DNA of 61,437 nucleotides, filler included. It is 4 parts of 4 records of this genome, joined end to end, with 100 filler letters (N's around TTAATTAATTAA, not from the genome) between each part and the next. Parts side by side here need not be neighbours in the genome. Positions count along the whole stretch, not along the records: positions 1 to 22,201 come from SRR20825010_1415; 3 more parts are not named here. One strand, written 5' to 3'. Of this stretch, positions 9,463 to 19,159 are shown piece by piece. Made by a program: the position numbers and the translations under genes. The notes beneath the pieces are model-generated. The model had not been told where the DNA came from, searched no databases, and saw only the letters and a list, made by a program, of their open reading frames with translations. Within the stretch, counting starts at the first letter, position 1; every line of letters starts with the position of its first letter.

Positions 9463-10077
9463 TTATTCGGTAACTTCTTCTTTCTTCGGAAAAGCTTTTT
9501 TATTAAAAATAAGCAGCAAAATAACCCCAATGCTAATGGAAGAATCAGCAATATTGAAAACAGGGTCGAAAAAGGTAAAATGTTCTCCTCCCCAAAAAGG
9601 AATCCAATCAGGTAATATTCCATCAAACAGAGGGAAATATAACATATCTACAACTTTACCATGAAACAGAGTTCCATAACCACCTGAATCTGGAAAAAAT
9701 GTGGCTACTTGGTGGTGGCTATCATTAAAAATTACTCCATAAAATACAGAATCTATAATATTCCCTAGAGCACCCGCAAAAATTAAAGCAACACAAAGGA
9801 TTAAAATACGTGGTGAATTTTTTCTAATCGAATCCCAAAGCCAATATCCAATACCGCCAATTGCTACAATTCTAAAAAGAGTTAAAAAAAGTTTTCCGTA
9901 AGTTCCAGGAATTTTTGCACCCCAAGCCATACCTTCGTTTTCAACAAAAAGTATTTTAAACCAATCAAAAACTGGAATATCTTCGCCTAAAACAAAGTGT
10001 GTTTTAATGTAATATTTTGAAATCTGATCTATCAATAAGACCAATATAATAATAAGTGTAGCTTTTTTTAGGCTCAT
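9463..10077 (-). CDS. lspA: Lipoprotein signal peptidase II
   Basis: DQISK, ENEGMAWG, GALGNIID, VVDM, FNIADSSI. Confidence 0.96.
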   Translation of the reverse strand: MSLKKATLIIILVLLIDQISKYYIKTHFVLGEDIPVFDWFKILFVENEGMAWGAKIPGTYGKLFLTLFRIVAIGGIGYWLWDSIRKNSPRILILCVALIFAGALGNIIDSVFYGVIFNDSHHQVATFFPDSGGYGTLFHGKVVDMLYFPLFDGILPDWIPFWGGEHFTFFDPVFNIADSSISIGVILLLIFNKKAFPKKEEVTE

Positions 10078-10154
10078 AATTTTTCCTACAGAGACCGAGA
10101 CCTCATTAATTCATTAAACAAAAGGCTTTGTAGAGCGTCGCAAAAATAGCAATA

Positions 10155-10784
10155 TTATTTGGTTTGCAGTAGCCAAATATTTCCATTGATGCTTTCGGCT
10201 TCAATAGTATATTCTCCGTTTCTTAAAAGTAAATTTTCAACCGTTCCATTTTCTGAAATTGCACTACCAGAAACAGTTTTCTGAGCATAAACAGTTATAT
10301 TTCCGTTTATAGTTTTAATGTGCGTATTTCCGCTATAATCTGTTAACAAACAGCTTCCATCTTGTAAAAAAACTGCAAGATTTTTTATAGTTCCTTTGGT
10401 TTCTAAAGATGCAAGTTTCGATTTTAGCACTACTGAAATAGTTTCCGGAACAACTAATTTTACTTCAATAGCCATTACTTTATGAGCTGCGAGCTTATCG
10501 TTTTCTAAAGTAAAAAAAGGCATTAAACCTGTGTTTAGTGCTATGGTTCCATCAGAAATTTTTTCTTCAACAACTATGCTTTCGGAATGTTCTCCCGAAA
10601 TATAAACGGCAAGTAACACCGTTTTTCGCGCTGTAGCTTCAATGTTAATGGAATAAATGGCATCATCTTTTATTGAAATAGTATGTATTTCTTCTAAAGA
10701 AAATTCTTTTTGAATCACCTTCTGGGCGACACAAAAGGAACTTCCAAAAATGAGAAATACGATTGTATAAAAAGTTTTAGCCAT
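10155..10784 (-). CDS. Secreted beta-repeat hypothetical protein (DUF4097/adhesin-like)
   Basis: Signal peptide; repeated T/S-x-N-G-N-I motifs near the C-terminus. Confidence 0.6.
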   Translation of the reverse strand: MAKTFYTIVFLIFGSSFCVAQKVIQKEFSLEEIHTISIKDDAIYSINIEATARKTVLLAVYISGEHSESIVVEEKISDGTIALNTGLMPFFTLENDKLAAHKVMAIEVKLVVPETISVVLKSKLASLETKGTIKNLAVFLQDGSCLLTDYSGNTHIKTINGNITVYAQKTVSGSAISENGTVENLLLRNGEYTIEAESINGNIWLLQTK

Positions 10785-10813
10785 AAAAAAAGCTCCAATC
10801 TATGAAAGGAGCT
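10785..10813 (-). terminator. Probable intrinsic terminator after ileS and the DksA-like gene
   Basis: AGCTCC...GGAGCT stem followed by a T-run on the minus strand. Confidence 0.6.
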
Positions 10814-10849
10814 GTGTTTTATTTTCCCTTCTGGGAAGTAATCAAAATA

Positions 10850-11233
10850 TTACTTTTGTAAATTTTTCGCTTCAATACTCAAGGTAGCGTGCGGAACGAG
10901 CTTTAAACGCTCTTTATTAATTAGTTTCCCGGTAACTCGACACACACCATAGGTTTTGTTTTCAATACGAACCAAGGCATTTTTAAGGTCGCGAATAAAT
11001 TTTTCCTGACGAATTGCAAGCTGCGAATTTGCCTCTTTGCTCATTACTTCGCTTCCTTCATCAAAAGCTTTGAATGTAGGTGAAGTATCGTCTGTCCCGT
11101 TATTACTATCATTTTTATAAGAACTTTGGATAAGCTCCAATTGTTCTTGCGCCTTTTTTATTTTATCATTTAAAAGTGTTCTAAATTCTTCCAGCTCGGC
11201 ATCTGAATATCTGGTTCTGTCTGTATCTGTCAT
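10850..11233 (-). CDS. TraR/DksA family transcription factor, single-Cys type
   Basis: Coiled coil plus ALVRIENKTYGVCRVTGKLINKERLKLVPHATLS; only 1 of 4 Zn-finger Cys retained. Confidence 0.9.
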   Translation of the reverse strand: MTDTDRTRYSDAELEEFRTLLNDKIKKAQEQLELIQSSYKNDSNNGTDDTSPTFKAFDEGSEVMSKEANSQLAIRQEKFIRDLKNALVRIENKTYGVCRVTGKLINKERLKLVPHATLSIEAKNLQK

Positions 11234-11235
11234 AT

Positions 11236-14200
11236 TTAATGTTTTTTTATACTTATTTGTGTTTCAATATCATCAAATGCAATTTCCGTTCCTGTTTCTA
11301 TTTTGGCTTGAAATTGCAAAACCTCTGTTAATGTTTCTTCCTTAATATACGCTAAATTTTGATTAACCGCATCAATTAATTTTTCATTTTCTTGAATTGT
11401 AACCTCAACCTTGTCTGTTACTTCAAAACCACTGTCTTTTCGAAGGTTTTGTATTCTGTTTACCAATTCTCTGGCAATTCCTTCGTTTTTTAAATCGGGT
11501 GTAATCGTAACGTCCAGAGCAACAGTAACTCCGCTGGAATTTGCAACCAACCATCCTTCAATATCCTGAGAACTTATAATTACATCAGCGAGTGCCAAAT
11601 TAGTATTTTTTTCATTAATAGAAACAGTTATTTCCCCTTCTTTTTCAAGTGTAGCAATTTGCTTCTGATCAAAGTTTGAAATTGCCGCTGCTACTGCTTT
11701 CATATCTTTTCCGAAACGTGGGCCAAGGGCCTTAAAATCTGGCTTTATTTGTTTTACCAACATTCCAGAACCTTCGTCAATCAGTTCTATTTCTTTTACG
11801 TTTACTTCGCTTTTAATTAAATCTGAAACTGCTAAAATTTCTTCTTTTTCAGATTCTTCCAATACTGGAATCATTATTTTTTGAAGTGGCTGACGTACTT
11901 TTATTTTTTCACGCTGACGTAACGATAACACCAAAGATGATATTGTTTGCGCCTTTTGCATTTTATGCTCCAATTTTTTATCAATGAACGAAGTATCTGC
12001 TTTTGGAAAATCGGTTAAATGTACCGAAGCTTTACTTTCTTTTGTTGTTCCTTGAGTTAAATCTATGTAAAGTCTATCCATGAAAAATGGTGCTACTGGT
12101 GCGCCCAATTTTGCAATGGTTTCTAAACATGTATAAAGCGTTTGGTATGCTGAAATTTTATCGTCGTTATAACTTCCTTTCCAATATCTTCTTCTACTTA
12201 AACGAACAAACCAGTTGCTTAAATTTTCTTGCACAAATTCTGAAATGGCTCGTGTTGCCTTTGTAGGCTCATAATCTGCATAATAAGCATCCACTTTTTG
12301 AATAAGGGTATGTAATTCTGAAAGAATCCAACGGTCTATTTCTGGGCGTTTTTCTAGTGGAAGGTCTTCTTCAAGATATTGAAAGTTATCCAGATTCGCA
12401 TACAAACTAAAGAAACTATAGGTATTGTAAAGCGTTCCGAAGAATTTATTACGCACTTCTGAAATTCCGTCTTGATCAAACTTTAAGTTGTCCCATGGGT
12501 TGGCATTACTAATCATATACCAACGTGTGGCATCTGGTCCGAAAACATCTAGGGTTTCAAATGGGTCAACGGCATTGCCAAGACGTTTGCTCATTTTCTG
12601 CCCGTTTTTATCTAAAACAAGACCGTTTGAAACTACATTTTTATAGGCAACATCATCAAAAATCATGGTTGCTATTGCGTGCAATGTATAAAACCATCCA
12701 CGTGTTTGGTCTACACCTTCGGCTATAAAATCTGCTTTTCGCCACGTATTTTCAACTTTTTCCTTGTTTTCGAAAGGATAATGCCATTGTGCATACGGCA
12801 TGCTTCCGCTGTCAAACCAAACATCAATCAAATCTGCTTCACGCTTCATTGGTTTTCCACTTGGTGAAACAAGTGTAATTTGGTCTACAATGTTTTTATG
12901 AAGATCTACTTTTGAATAGTTTTCTTCTGAAAAATCTCCAGGCTTGAAATCTTCAAAAATGACATTTTCCATTACTCCAGCGGCAACAGATTTGTGCATT
13001 TCAGTCATTAATTCTTCTACTGAACCAATGATTATTTCTTCTTTTCCATCATCCGTTCTCCAGATTGGCAACGGAATTCCCCAATAGCGGGAACGTGAAA
13101 GATTCCAGTCGTTTGCATTTGCAAGCCAGTTACCAAAACGGCCTTCGCCTGTGGCTTTTGGTTTCCAATTTACTTCTTTGTTCAAATCGAACATTCTATC
13201 ACGGAAATCGGTCACTTTAATAAACCAAGAATCTAACGGATAATATAAAATTGGTTTGTCGGTTCGCCAGCAATTTGGATAGCTGTGAACGTATTTTTCA
13301 ACTTTAAAAGCTTTGTTTTCAGTTTTTAATCTAATGGCAATTTCTACATCCACTGATTTCTCAGGAACATCGGCATCGTCATAATATTCATTTTTTACAT
13401 ATTTACCAGCAAGATCCTTCATTTCTGGGCGGAATTTCCCTTGAAGATCTACCAAAGGAACTAAGTTTCCGTTTTCATCTTTTACAAGCATTGGCGGTAC
13501 TTCTGGAACCGCTTCTTTTGCAACCTTTGCATCGTCAGCACCAAATGTTGGCGCGGTATGAACAATTCCTGTTCCGTCTTCAGTAGTTACAAAATCTCCA
13601 GAAATTATTCTAAATGCATTCTCAGGATTTTCAAATGGAAGTGTATAATCTAGTAATTGTTCATAACGAATACCTAGTAAATCTGCACCTTTAAATTCTT
13701 TTGAAACATAATATGGAATCAATTTATCGCCTTGAGTAAAGGCTTCTAATGATTCTTCATTTGGTTTTTCTTCGTATTTATTTGCGAATTGACTAGCAAC
13801 TAAGTTTTTCGCCAAAATCACATTGATGGGTTGAAACGTGTATTGGTTAAAGGTTTTTACCAACACATAATCAATTTTCGCACCTACAGTTAGTGCTGTA
13901 TTGCTGGGTAAAGTCCAAGGGGTTGTTGTCCAAGCAAGAAACCAAATATTGTTTGATTCTACTGCAAGGAAATCTGGCAACGTTTCTGCCATTGCTTTAA
14001 ACTGAGCTACCACTGTTGTGTCTGTAGCATCTTGGTAAGTTCCTGGCTGGTTAAGCTCGTGTGAGCTTAGCCCTGTTCCCGCTTTTGGAGAATAGGGTTG
14101 AATTGTATAGCCTTTATAAATTAAGTTTTTATTGTAAATTTCTTTTAGCAACCACCAAACAGTTTCCATGTATTTTGACTCGTAGGTAACATAAGGATCT

Positions 14201-14640
14201 TCCATATCTACCCAATATCCATAGCTTTCGGTTACTTTGTTCCAAACGTCTGTGTAACGCATTACAGCTTTTTTACAAGCAGCGTTATATTCTTCAACAG
14301 AGATTTTTTTACCGATATCTTCTTTGGTAATGCCGAGTTCTTTTTCCACGCCTAATTCAATAGGCAAACCGTGCGTATCCCAACCTGCTTTTCTATCTAC
14401 TTTAAATCCTTTTTGGGTTTTATAGCGACAAAAAATATCTTTTATAGCGCGCGCCATAACGTGATGAATTCCCGGAAGTCCATTAGCAGATGGAGGTCCT
14501 TCAAAAAATACAAATGGAGCTGCCTCTTTACGAATGGAAATACTCTGCTCAAAGATGTTTTCATCTTTCCAGAAATTGAGTACTTCTTCCGCCATTTTAG
14601 GGAGGTCTAGCCCTTTGTATTCTTTAAATTTTGTGCTCAT
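11236..14640 (-). CDS. ileS: Isoleucine--tRNA ligase, type 2
   Basis: EGPPSANGLPGIHH, GWDTHGLP, WTTTPWTLPSN, GTGIVH, KMSKR; long IleRS2-type C-terminus. Confidence 0.98.
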   Translation of the reverse strand: MSTKFKEYKGLDLPKMAEEVLNFWKDENIFEQSISIRKEAAPFVFFEGPPSANGLPGIHHVMARAIKDIFCRYKTQKGFKVDRKAGWDTHGLPIELGVEKELGITKEDIGKKISVEEYNAACKKAVMRYTDVWNKVTESYGYWVDMEDPYVTYESKYMETVWWLLKEIYNKNLIYKGYTIQPYSPKAGTGLSSHELNQPGTYQDATDTTVVAQFKAMAETLPDFLAVESNNIWFLAWTTTPWTLPSNTALTVGAKIDYVLVKTFNQYTFQPINVILAKNLVASQFANKYEEKPNEESLEAFTQGDKLIPYYVSKEFKGADLLGIRYEQLLDYTLPFENPENAFRIISGDFVTTEDGTGIVHTAPTFGADDAKVAKEAVPEVPPMLVKDENGNLVPLVDLQGKFRPEMKDLAGKYVKNEYYDDADVPEKSVDVEIAIRLKTENKAFKVEKYVHSYPNCWRTDKPILYYPLDSWFIKVTDFRDRMFDLNKEVNWKPKATGEGRFGNWLANANDWNLSRSRYWGIPLPIWRTDDGKEEIIIGSVEELMTEMHKSVAAGVMENVIFEDFKPGDFSEENYSKVDLHKNIVDQITLVSPSGKPMKREADLIDVWFDSGSMPYAQWHYPFENKEKVENTWRKADFIAEGVDQTRGWFYTLHAIATMIFDDVAYKNVVSNGLVLDKNGQKMSKRLGNAVDPFETLDVFGPDATRWYMISNANPWDNLKFDQDGISEVRNKFFGTLYNTYSFFSLYANLDNFQYLEEDLPLEKRPEIDRWILSELHTLIQKVDAYYADYEPTKATRAISEFVQENLSNWFVRLSRRRYWKGSYNDDKISAYQTLYTCLETIAKLGAPVAPFFMDRLYIDLTQGTTKESKASVHLTDFPKADTSFIDKKLEHKMQKAQTISSLVLSLRQREKIKVRQPLQKIMIPVLEESEKEEILAVSDLIKSEVNVKEIELIDEGSGMLVKQIKPDFKALGPRFGKDMKAVAAAISNFDQKQIATLEKEGEITVSINEKNTNLALADVIISSQDIEGWLVANSSGVTVALDVTITPDLKNEGIARELVNRIQNLRKDSGFEVTDKVEVTIQENEKLIDAVNQNLAYIKEETLTEVLQFQAKIETGTEIAFDDIETQISIKKH

Positions 14641-14745
14641 AATATATCAGTTGCAATAAAGTGTGCAAAAGTAAGGTTTTTTGAAGAAAAAGTAGCTCGC
14701 TCTTTTGTTTGAGTTTGCGAAGAAAATTACAGTTGCTTATAAAAT

Positions 14746-14775
14746 AAAAAAGCCACCTTTATTGAAGGTAGCTTT
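14746..14775 (-). terminator. Intrinsic terminator downstream of the lipoprotein gene
   Basis: Minus strand reads AAAGCTACCTT-CAATA-AAGGTGGCTTT-TTT. Confidence 0.75.
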
Positions 14776-14797
14776 AATGTATTGATTAGAACCTATT

Positions 14798-15313
14798 TTA
14801 CTCTTTTGTAAATCTAAGTTCCTCTGTATAAACAGTATTATCGCCATTCGGCTCAGTAATAGTTTCAGAAAGGTTTAGCTGGAAACCAGTAGGGCTAAAA
14901 TTACTCACTTGATAGGTATCACCATCTAGAGTTAATTCAGAAGTAGCAGAATTCACCACATAACCACCAGATTCATTATTTATAACAACGATATATGTGT
15001 CAGATGACGTCTGATTTCCTTGTGTTACTGTTTCAGATATTCTATACGTTCCATTAACTGTAAATGTATTGTTTGATGCAAAAACAACTGTAAAATCAAA
15101 TGTATCACCAATAGAAGTAGTTGTAGTAACAACATCAAAACCACTAACGTCTACAGTTTCTACTTCTTTAGTTTGGAAAGAAACAAGTGCATAAGTACCC
15201 GTAAGGTTGTCTTTGTTATACTCATATGGAGCTGGCCCACCATCATCGTCACTACTACAGCTAAATGCTACAACAGAAATAGCAAAAAGGAAAATCAATT
15301 TTGTTAGTTTCAT
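14798..15313 (-). CDS. Lipoprotein with a lipocalin-like beta-barrel
   Basis: Start moved to MKLTK (ATG at 15313); lipobox AFSC followed by acidic SSDDD; LTGTY motif. Confidence 0.75.
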   Translation of the reverse strand: MKLTKLIFLFAISVVAFSCSSDDDGGPAPYEYNKDNLTGTYALVSFQTKEVETVDVSGFDVVTTTTSIGDTFDFTVVFASNNTFTVNGTYRISETVTQGNQTSSDTYIVVINNESGGYVVNSATSELTLDGDTYQVSNFSPTGFQLNLSETITEPNGDNTVYTEELRFTKE

Positions 15314-15630
15314 AATCAAAAGTTTTAAAATTTTCGGCGAATATAATACCATTTTAACTACAAAACCCAAAACAAAACTATTTATTCTGTTTTCATTTCA
15401 TATAATACAGCGATTGACACTCACCTTATTAGAATGTAAAAATATGGATTAAATGGCTTAAACAGCAATTTTCTATTTTGTTTCTATTAGATAACCATTG
15501 TGTATATCTATATTTGTTAGGGTTTTTTTAAATTTTTTTCTTTAAAAACACATGATAATTTTGAATACTGCAATTTTTCCCTCAAATTTGATGTCCTTTA
15601 ATTAAGACTTCTATAAAATTATTTTCACTA

Positions 15631-17700
15631 ATGAAAAAATTATTACTATCCCTACTTCTAGCATTAATTTCATTTACAGCCCTTCAATCTCAAATACTTG
15701 ACCCCGTAAAATGGTCTACAAGCATTAAAAAAATATCGGAGACTGAATACGATTTAATTTCAAAAGCAACGATTGAGGATAACTGGCATTTATATTCGCA
15801 AGTTGTTCCTGAAAATGGACCCTTACCTACTGTTTTTACTTTTGAAGAAAACGACGCCTACCAATCTGTAGGAAAAATAAAAGAAAGTAAAGGAACTACT
15901 GAACTCGATCCTGTGTTCGATATGGTAATTACCTTCTTCTCAAACACAGCAACATTCACTAAAAGAGTAAAGCTAACTGGGGCTAAAGGAACCACTATAA
16001 AAGGTGAAGTTGAGTTTATGGTTTGTGATGACACCCGCTGTCTGCCACCTAATTACGTAGATTTAGTCTTTAAAATTCCTGCACCAGAACAAATTACTGA
16101 AACAGTAGTAATTCCAGATGATGCTACTAATTCTGAGATTGGTATTACTGAAGTAAGTGAAGACACAACAGCCCTTGAAACCACACAAACAGAAGTTGTA
16201 AACGATACAATTCAAACTGACACAAAAGATGATTCCCTTACTGCGGTTGAACAAAACAAAAAAGAAGAAAATAAAGGACTTTGGACCATCTTTTTCATTG
16301 CTTTTTTATCAGGTTTCGCTGCTTTACTAACGCCATGTGTATTCCCGATGATACCCATGACGGTTAGTTTTTTTACCAAACAGAGTAAAACACGTGCTGC
16401 AGGTATTAAAAACGCAATAATTTACGGCATTGCAATCATTCTTATATACATTTTCCTAGGCGCAATAGTTACATGGTTGTTTGGAGCAGATGCTCTTAAT
16501 GCCCTGTCTACAAACGTTTGGTTTAATGTTATCTTCTTTTTATTATTGGTTGTTTTTGCATTCTCATTCTTAGGTGCTTTTGAAATTATGCTACCAAATT
16601 CTTGGGCAAATAAAGTAGATAAACAAGCAGATCGTGGTGGATTAATTGGAATTTTCTTTATGGCATTAGCATTGGCTATCGTTTCCTTTTCTTGTACAGG
16701 TCCAATTGTAGGAACTTTGCTAGTTGAAGCAGCGTCAAAAGGAGGTATTGCGCCATTTGTTGGTATGTTTGGGTTCTCATTAGCTTTAGCATTGCCTTTT
16801 GCACTTTTTGCAGCTTTCCCAGGCTGGATGAACTCGCTTCCTAAATCAGGTGGTTGGTTAAATACAGTAAAAGTATTTTTAGGCTTTTTAGAACTTGCTT
16901 TAGCATTCAAATTTTTATCGAATGCAGATTTAGTGCTTCAGCTTCATTGGCTGGAAAGAGAAGTATTCTTAGCTATTTGGATTGCTATATTTGGAATTTT
17001 GGCACTGTATTTATTCGGAAAAATAAAATTACCACATGACTCTCCTTTATCACACATTTCTGTAGGAAGATTGAGTCTTGGTTTATTGGTTTTAGCCTTT
17101 ACTATTTATATGATTCCTGGACTATGGGGCGCACCATTAAAATTAATTAGTGGTTTCCCACCAGCTATGAATTATAGCGAATCTCCGTATGGTGTTGGTT
17201 ATACAAAATTAGGCAGTGGTGGTACTTCAAGTCTTGAAGAATTTCCAGAAGGCGCACATTTAGGGCCACACGATATTATTTCATTCCACGATTACGAAAC
17301 CGGTTTGGCATACGCCAAAAAAGTTGGAAAGCCTGTTTTGATTGACTTCACGGGGCATGCATGTGTAAATTGCCGTAAAATGGAAGAACGCGTTTGGAGT
17401 GAACCAAAAATATTAAAGCCACTTAAGGAAGATATTGTACTTATTTCACTTTATGTGGACGATAAACGTCCGCTACCTGATGGCCAAGAAATTGTTTCAG
17501 AAATATCTGGGAAAAAACTACGCTATATTGGTCAAAAATGGAGTGAATTTCAAATTCTTAAGTATAAAGCAAACGCCCAACCTTTCTATGTTTTAATGGA
17601 TCACAACGAAGAAAACCTTATAGACCCTGTTGGTTATACACCAGATATTGAGGAATACAATACTTGGTTGCGAAACGGAATTGACGCTTTTGAAAAATAA
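15631..17700 (+). CDS. dsbD: Thiol:disulfide interchange protein DsbD
   Basis: N-domain CDDTRC; TM domain LTPCVFPMIP and SCTGP; thioredoxin domain CVNC. Confidence 0.93.
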   Translation: MKKLLLSLLLALISFTALQSQILDPVKWSTSIKKISETEYDLISKATIEDNWHLYSQVVPENGPLPTVFTFEENDAYQSVGKIKESKGTTELDPVFDMVITFFSNTATFTKRVKLTGAKGTTIKGEVEFMVCDDTRCLPPNYVDLVFKIPAPEQITETVVIPDDATNSEIGITEVSEDTTALETTQTEVVNDTIQTDTKDDSLTAVEQNKKEENKGLWTIFFIAFLSGFAALLTPCVFPMIPMTVSFFTKQSKTRAAGIKNAIIYGIAIILIYIFLGAIVTWLFGADALNALSTNVWFNVIFFLLLVVFAFSFLGAFEIMLPNSWANKVDKQADRGGLIGIFFMALALAIVSFSCTGPIVGTLLVEAASKGGIAPFVGMFGFSLALALPFALFAAFPGWMNSLPKSGGWLNTVKVFLGFLELALAFKFLSNADLVLQLHWLEREVFLAIWIAIFGILALYLFGKIKLPHDSPLSHISVGRLSLGLLVLAFTIYMIPGLWGAPLKLISGFPPAMNYSESPYGVGYTKLGSGGTSSLEEFPEGAHLGPHDIISFHDYETGLAYAKKVGKPVLIDFTGHACVNCRKMEERVWSEPKILKPLKEDIVLISLYVDDKRPLPDGQEIVSEISGKKLRYIGQKWSEFQILKYKANAQPFYVLMDHNEENLIDPVGYTPDIEEYNTWLRNGIDAFEK

Positions 17701-17711
17701 AAAATTGTAAT

Positions 17712-18620
17712 TTGAAAAAAATCATATTCTTACTTTTATTCATTCCGTGGATAACTTTTTCACAAGAGTATGTAGATATTTTTCGCCTTGGTTATGGACA
17801 AACCTTCAATAATAATTTTGAAGGTGTACACAGCAGTACCTATGTAAAATCTTTTGAAGCGGGACTTACTTTTCCTATTGTTTTGAACGAAAAGCATGCA
17901 TTAATAACAGGTGCAGATTTCAGTAGAAATAACCTTCAGCTTTTTCCAGATACCGAATTTGTTAGTCTTTACAGCACAAACATAAAACTAGGAATGGCTT
18001 CAACTTGGTCTGAAAAGTGGAGCACAACTATTGTTTTATTACCCAAAATTGCATCCGATTATAACAACATTTCAAGTGATGATTTTTATTTGGGTGGTTT
18101 TGCGGTTTTAAAACTGAAAAAAAGTGAAAATCTTAAATACCGCTTTGGTATTTACGCATCTCAAGAAGCATTCGGACTTTTTACAACACCCATTTTAGGC
18201 TGGTATTATATGAGTCCTAATAAAAAGTTTGAAATGGATATGAGCTTGCCTATTTCTGCAGATGTAAGCTATAAATTGGGCATTACAACAATTGGGATAG
18301 ATTATTTTGGAATTGGGCGTAGCTATACTGTTCAGTATAAAAACAGCCCGAAACTATACGCAGACCTCAGCTCTTTAGAGTTTGCCAGCTATGTACAGTT
18401 TAATGCCTTGGAAGAAAGTGTTTTATTACGAGCAAAATTAGGGTATTCCAGCAATAATTATGAAATGTATGCCGCAGGCGATAAACAGGATTTGGGAGTT
18501 TCAGCCTTTAGTTTTGGAGACAATCGCACTCAATTGAACCCAGCACTTAATGGGGGTGTATTTTTAAAATTTGAAGCTATTTATAGGTTTCATATAAAAG
18601 AAGCTGAAAAAGATAACTAG
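17712..18620 (+). CDS. Outer-membrane beta-barrel hypothetical protein (DUF6268-like)
   Basis: Signal peptide and alternating aromatic beta-strands; TTG start. Confidence 0.6.
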   Translation: MKKIIFLLLFIPWITFSQEYVDIFRLGYGQTFNNNFEGVHSSTYVKSFEAGLTFPIVLNEKHALITGADFSRNNLQLFPDTEFVSLYSTNIKLGMASTWSEKWSTTIVLLPKIASDYNNISSDDFYLGGFAVLKLKKSENLKYRFGIYASQEAFGLFTTPILGWYYMSPNKKFEMDMSLPISADVSYKLGITTIGIDYFGIGRSYTVQYKNSPKLYADLSSLEFASYVQFNALEESVLLRAKLGYSSNNYEMYAAGDKQDLGVSAFSFGDNRTQLNPALNGGVFLKFEAIYRFHIKEAEKDN

Positions 18621-18680
18621 CAATACTACTGCTTCTTTTTTGCACTTTATCCTTTCGGAAAAAAATTCTATCTTTAAAAT

Positions 18681-19034
18681 ATGGAAAGAACTTGTCCGGA
18701 ATGTGGCGATAAATTAATTGGGCGAATTGACAAAAAATTCTGTAGTGATGCATGTCGAAACGCACATAATAATTCGTTGAACAAGGACAACAAAAATCTG
18801 GTTCGAAATATTAATAATAGGCTTCGAAAAAACTATCGCATACTTGAAACTTTAAATCCCGAAGACAAAACCAAAACCACCAAAGATAAACTGCTACGAA
18901 TGGGTTTTAATTTTGATTTTTTTACTGGGATTTACACCACAAAATCTGGCGCAACATACTTTTATTTATACGATCAAGGTTACTTACCGCTGGATAATGA
19001 TTTCTATCTGTTGGTGAAAAAAGACCTAAAATAA
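18681..19034 (+). CDS. Conserved Bacteroidota Zn-ribbon hypothetical protein (DUF2116-like)
   Basis: CPECG...GRIDKKFCSDACR followed by a basic helical region. Confidence 0.8.
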   Translation: MERTCPECGDKLIGRIDKKFCSDACRNAHNNSLNKDNKNLVRNINNRLRKNYRILETLNPEDKTKTTKDKLLRMGFNFDFFTGIYTTKSGATYFYLYDQGYLPLDNDFYLLVKKDLK

Positions 19035-19159
19035 TTCTCATTTCGTTTTTATTTATTTACTGCTATATAAAACATTTTACACCTTGATTAATGGACTATT
19101 TAAGTTTTTAGACGGAGATAGTTTTAATTAATACCTTTGAAAAAATTTGAAGTGCTTTT

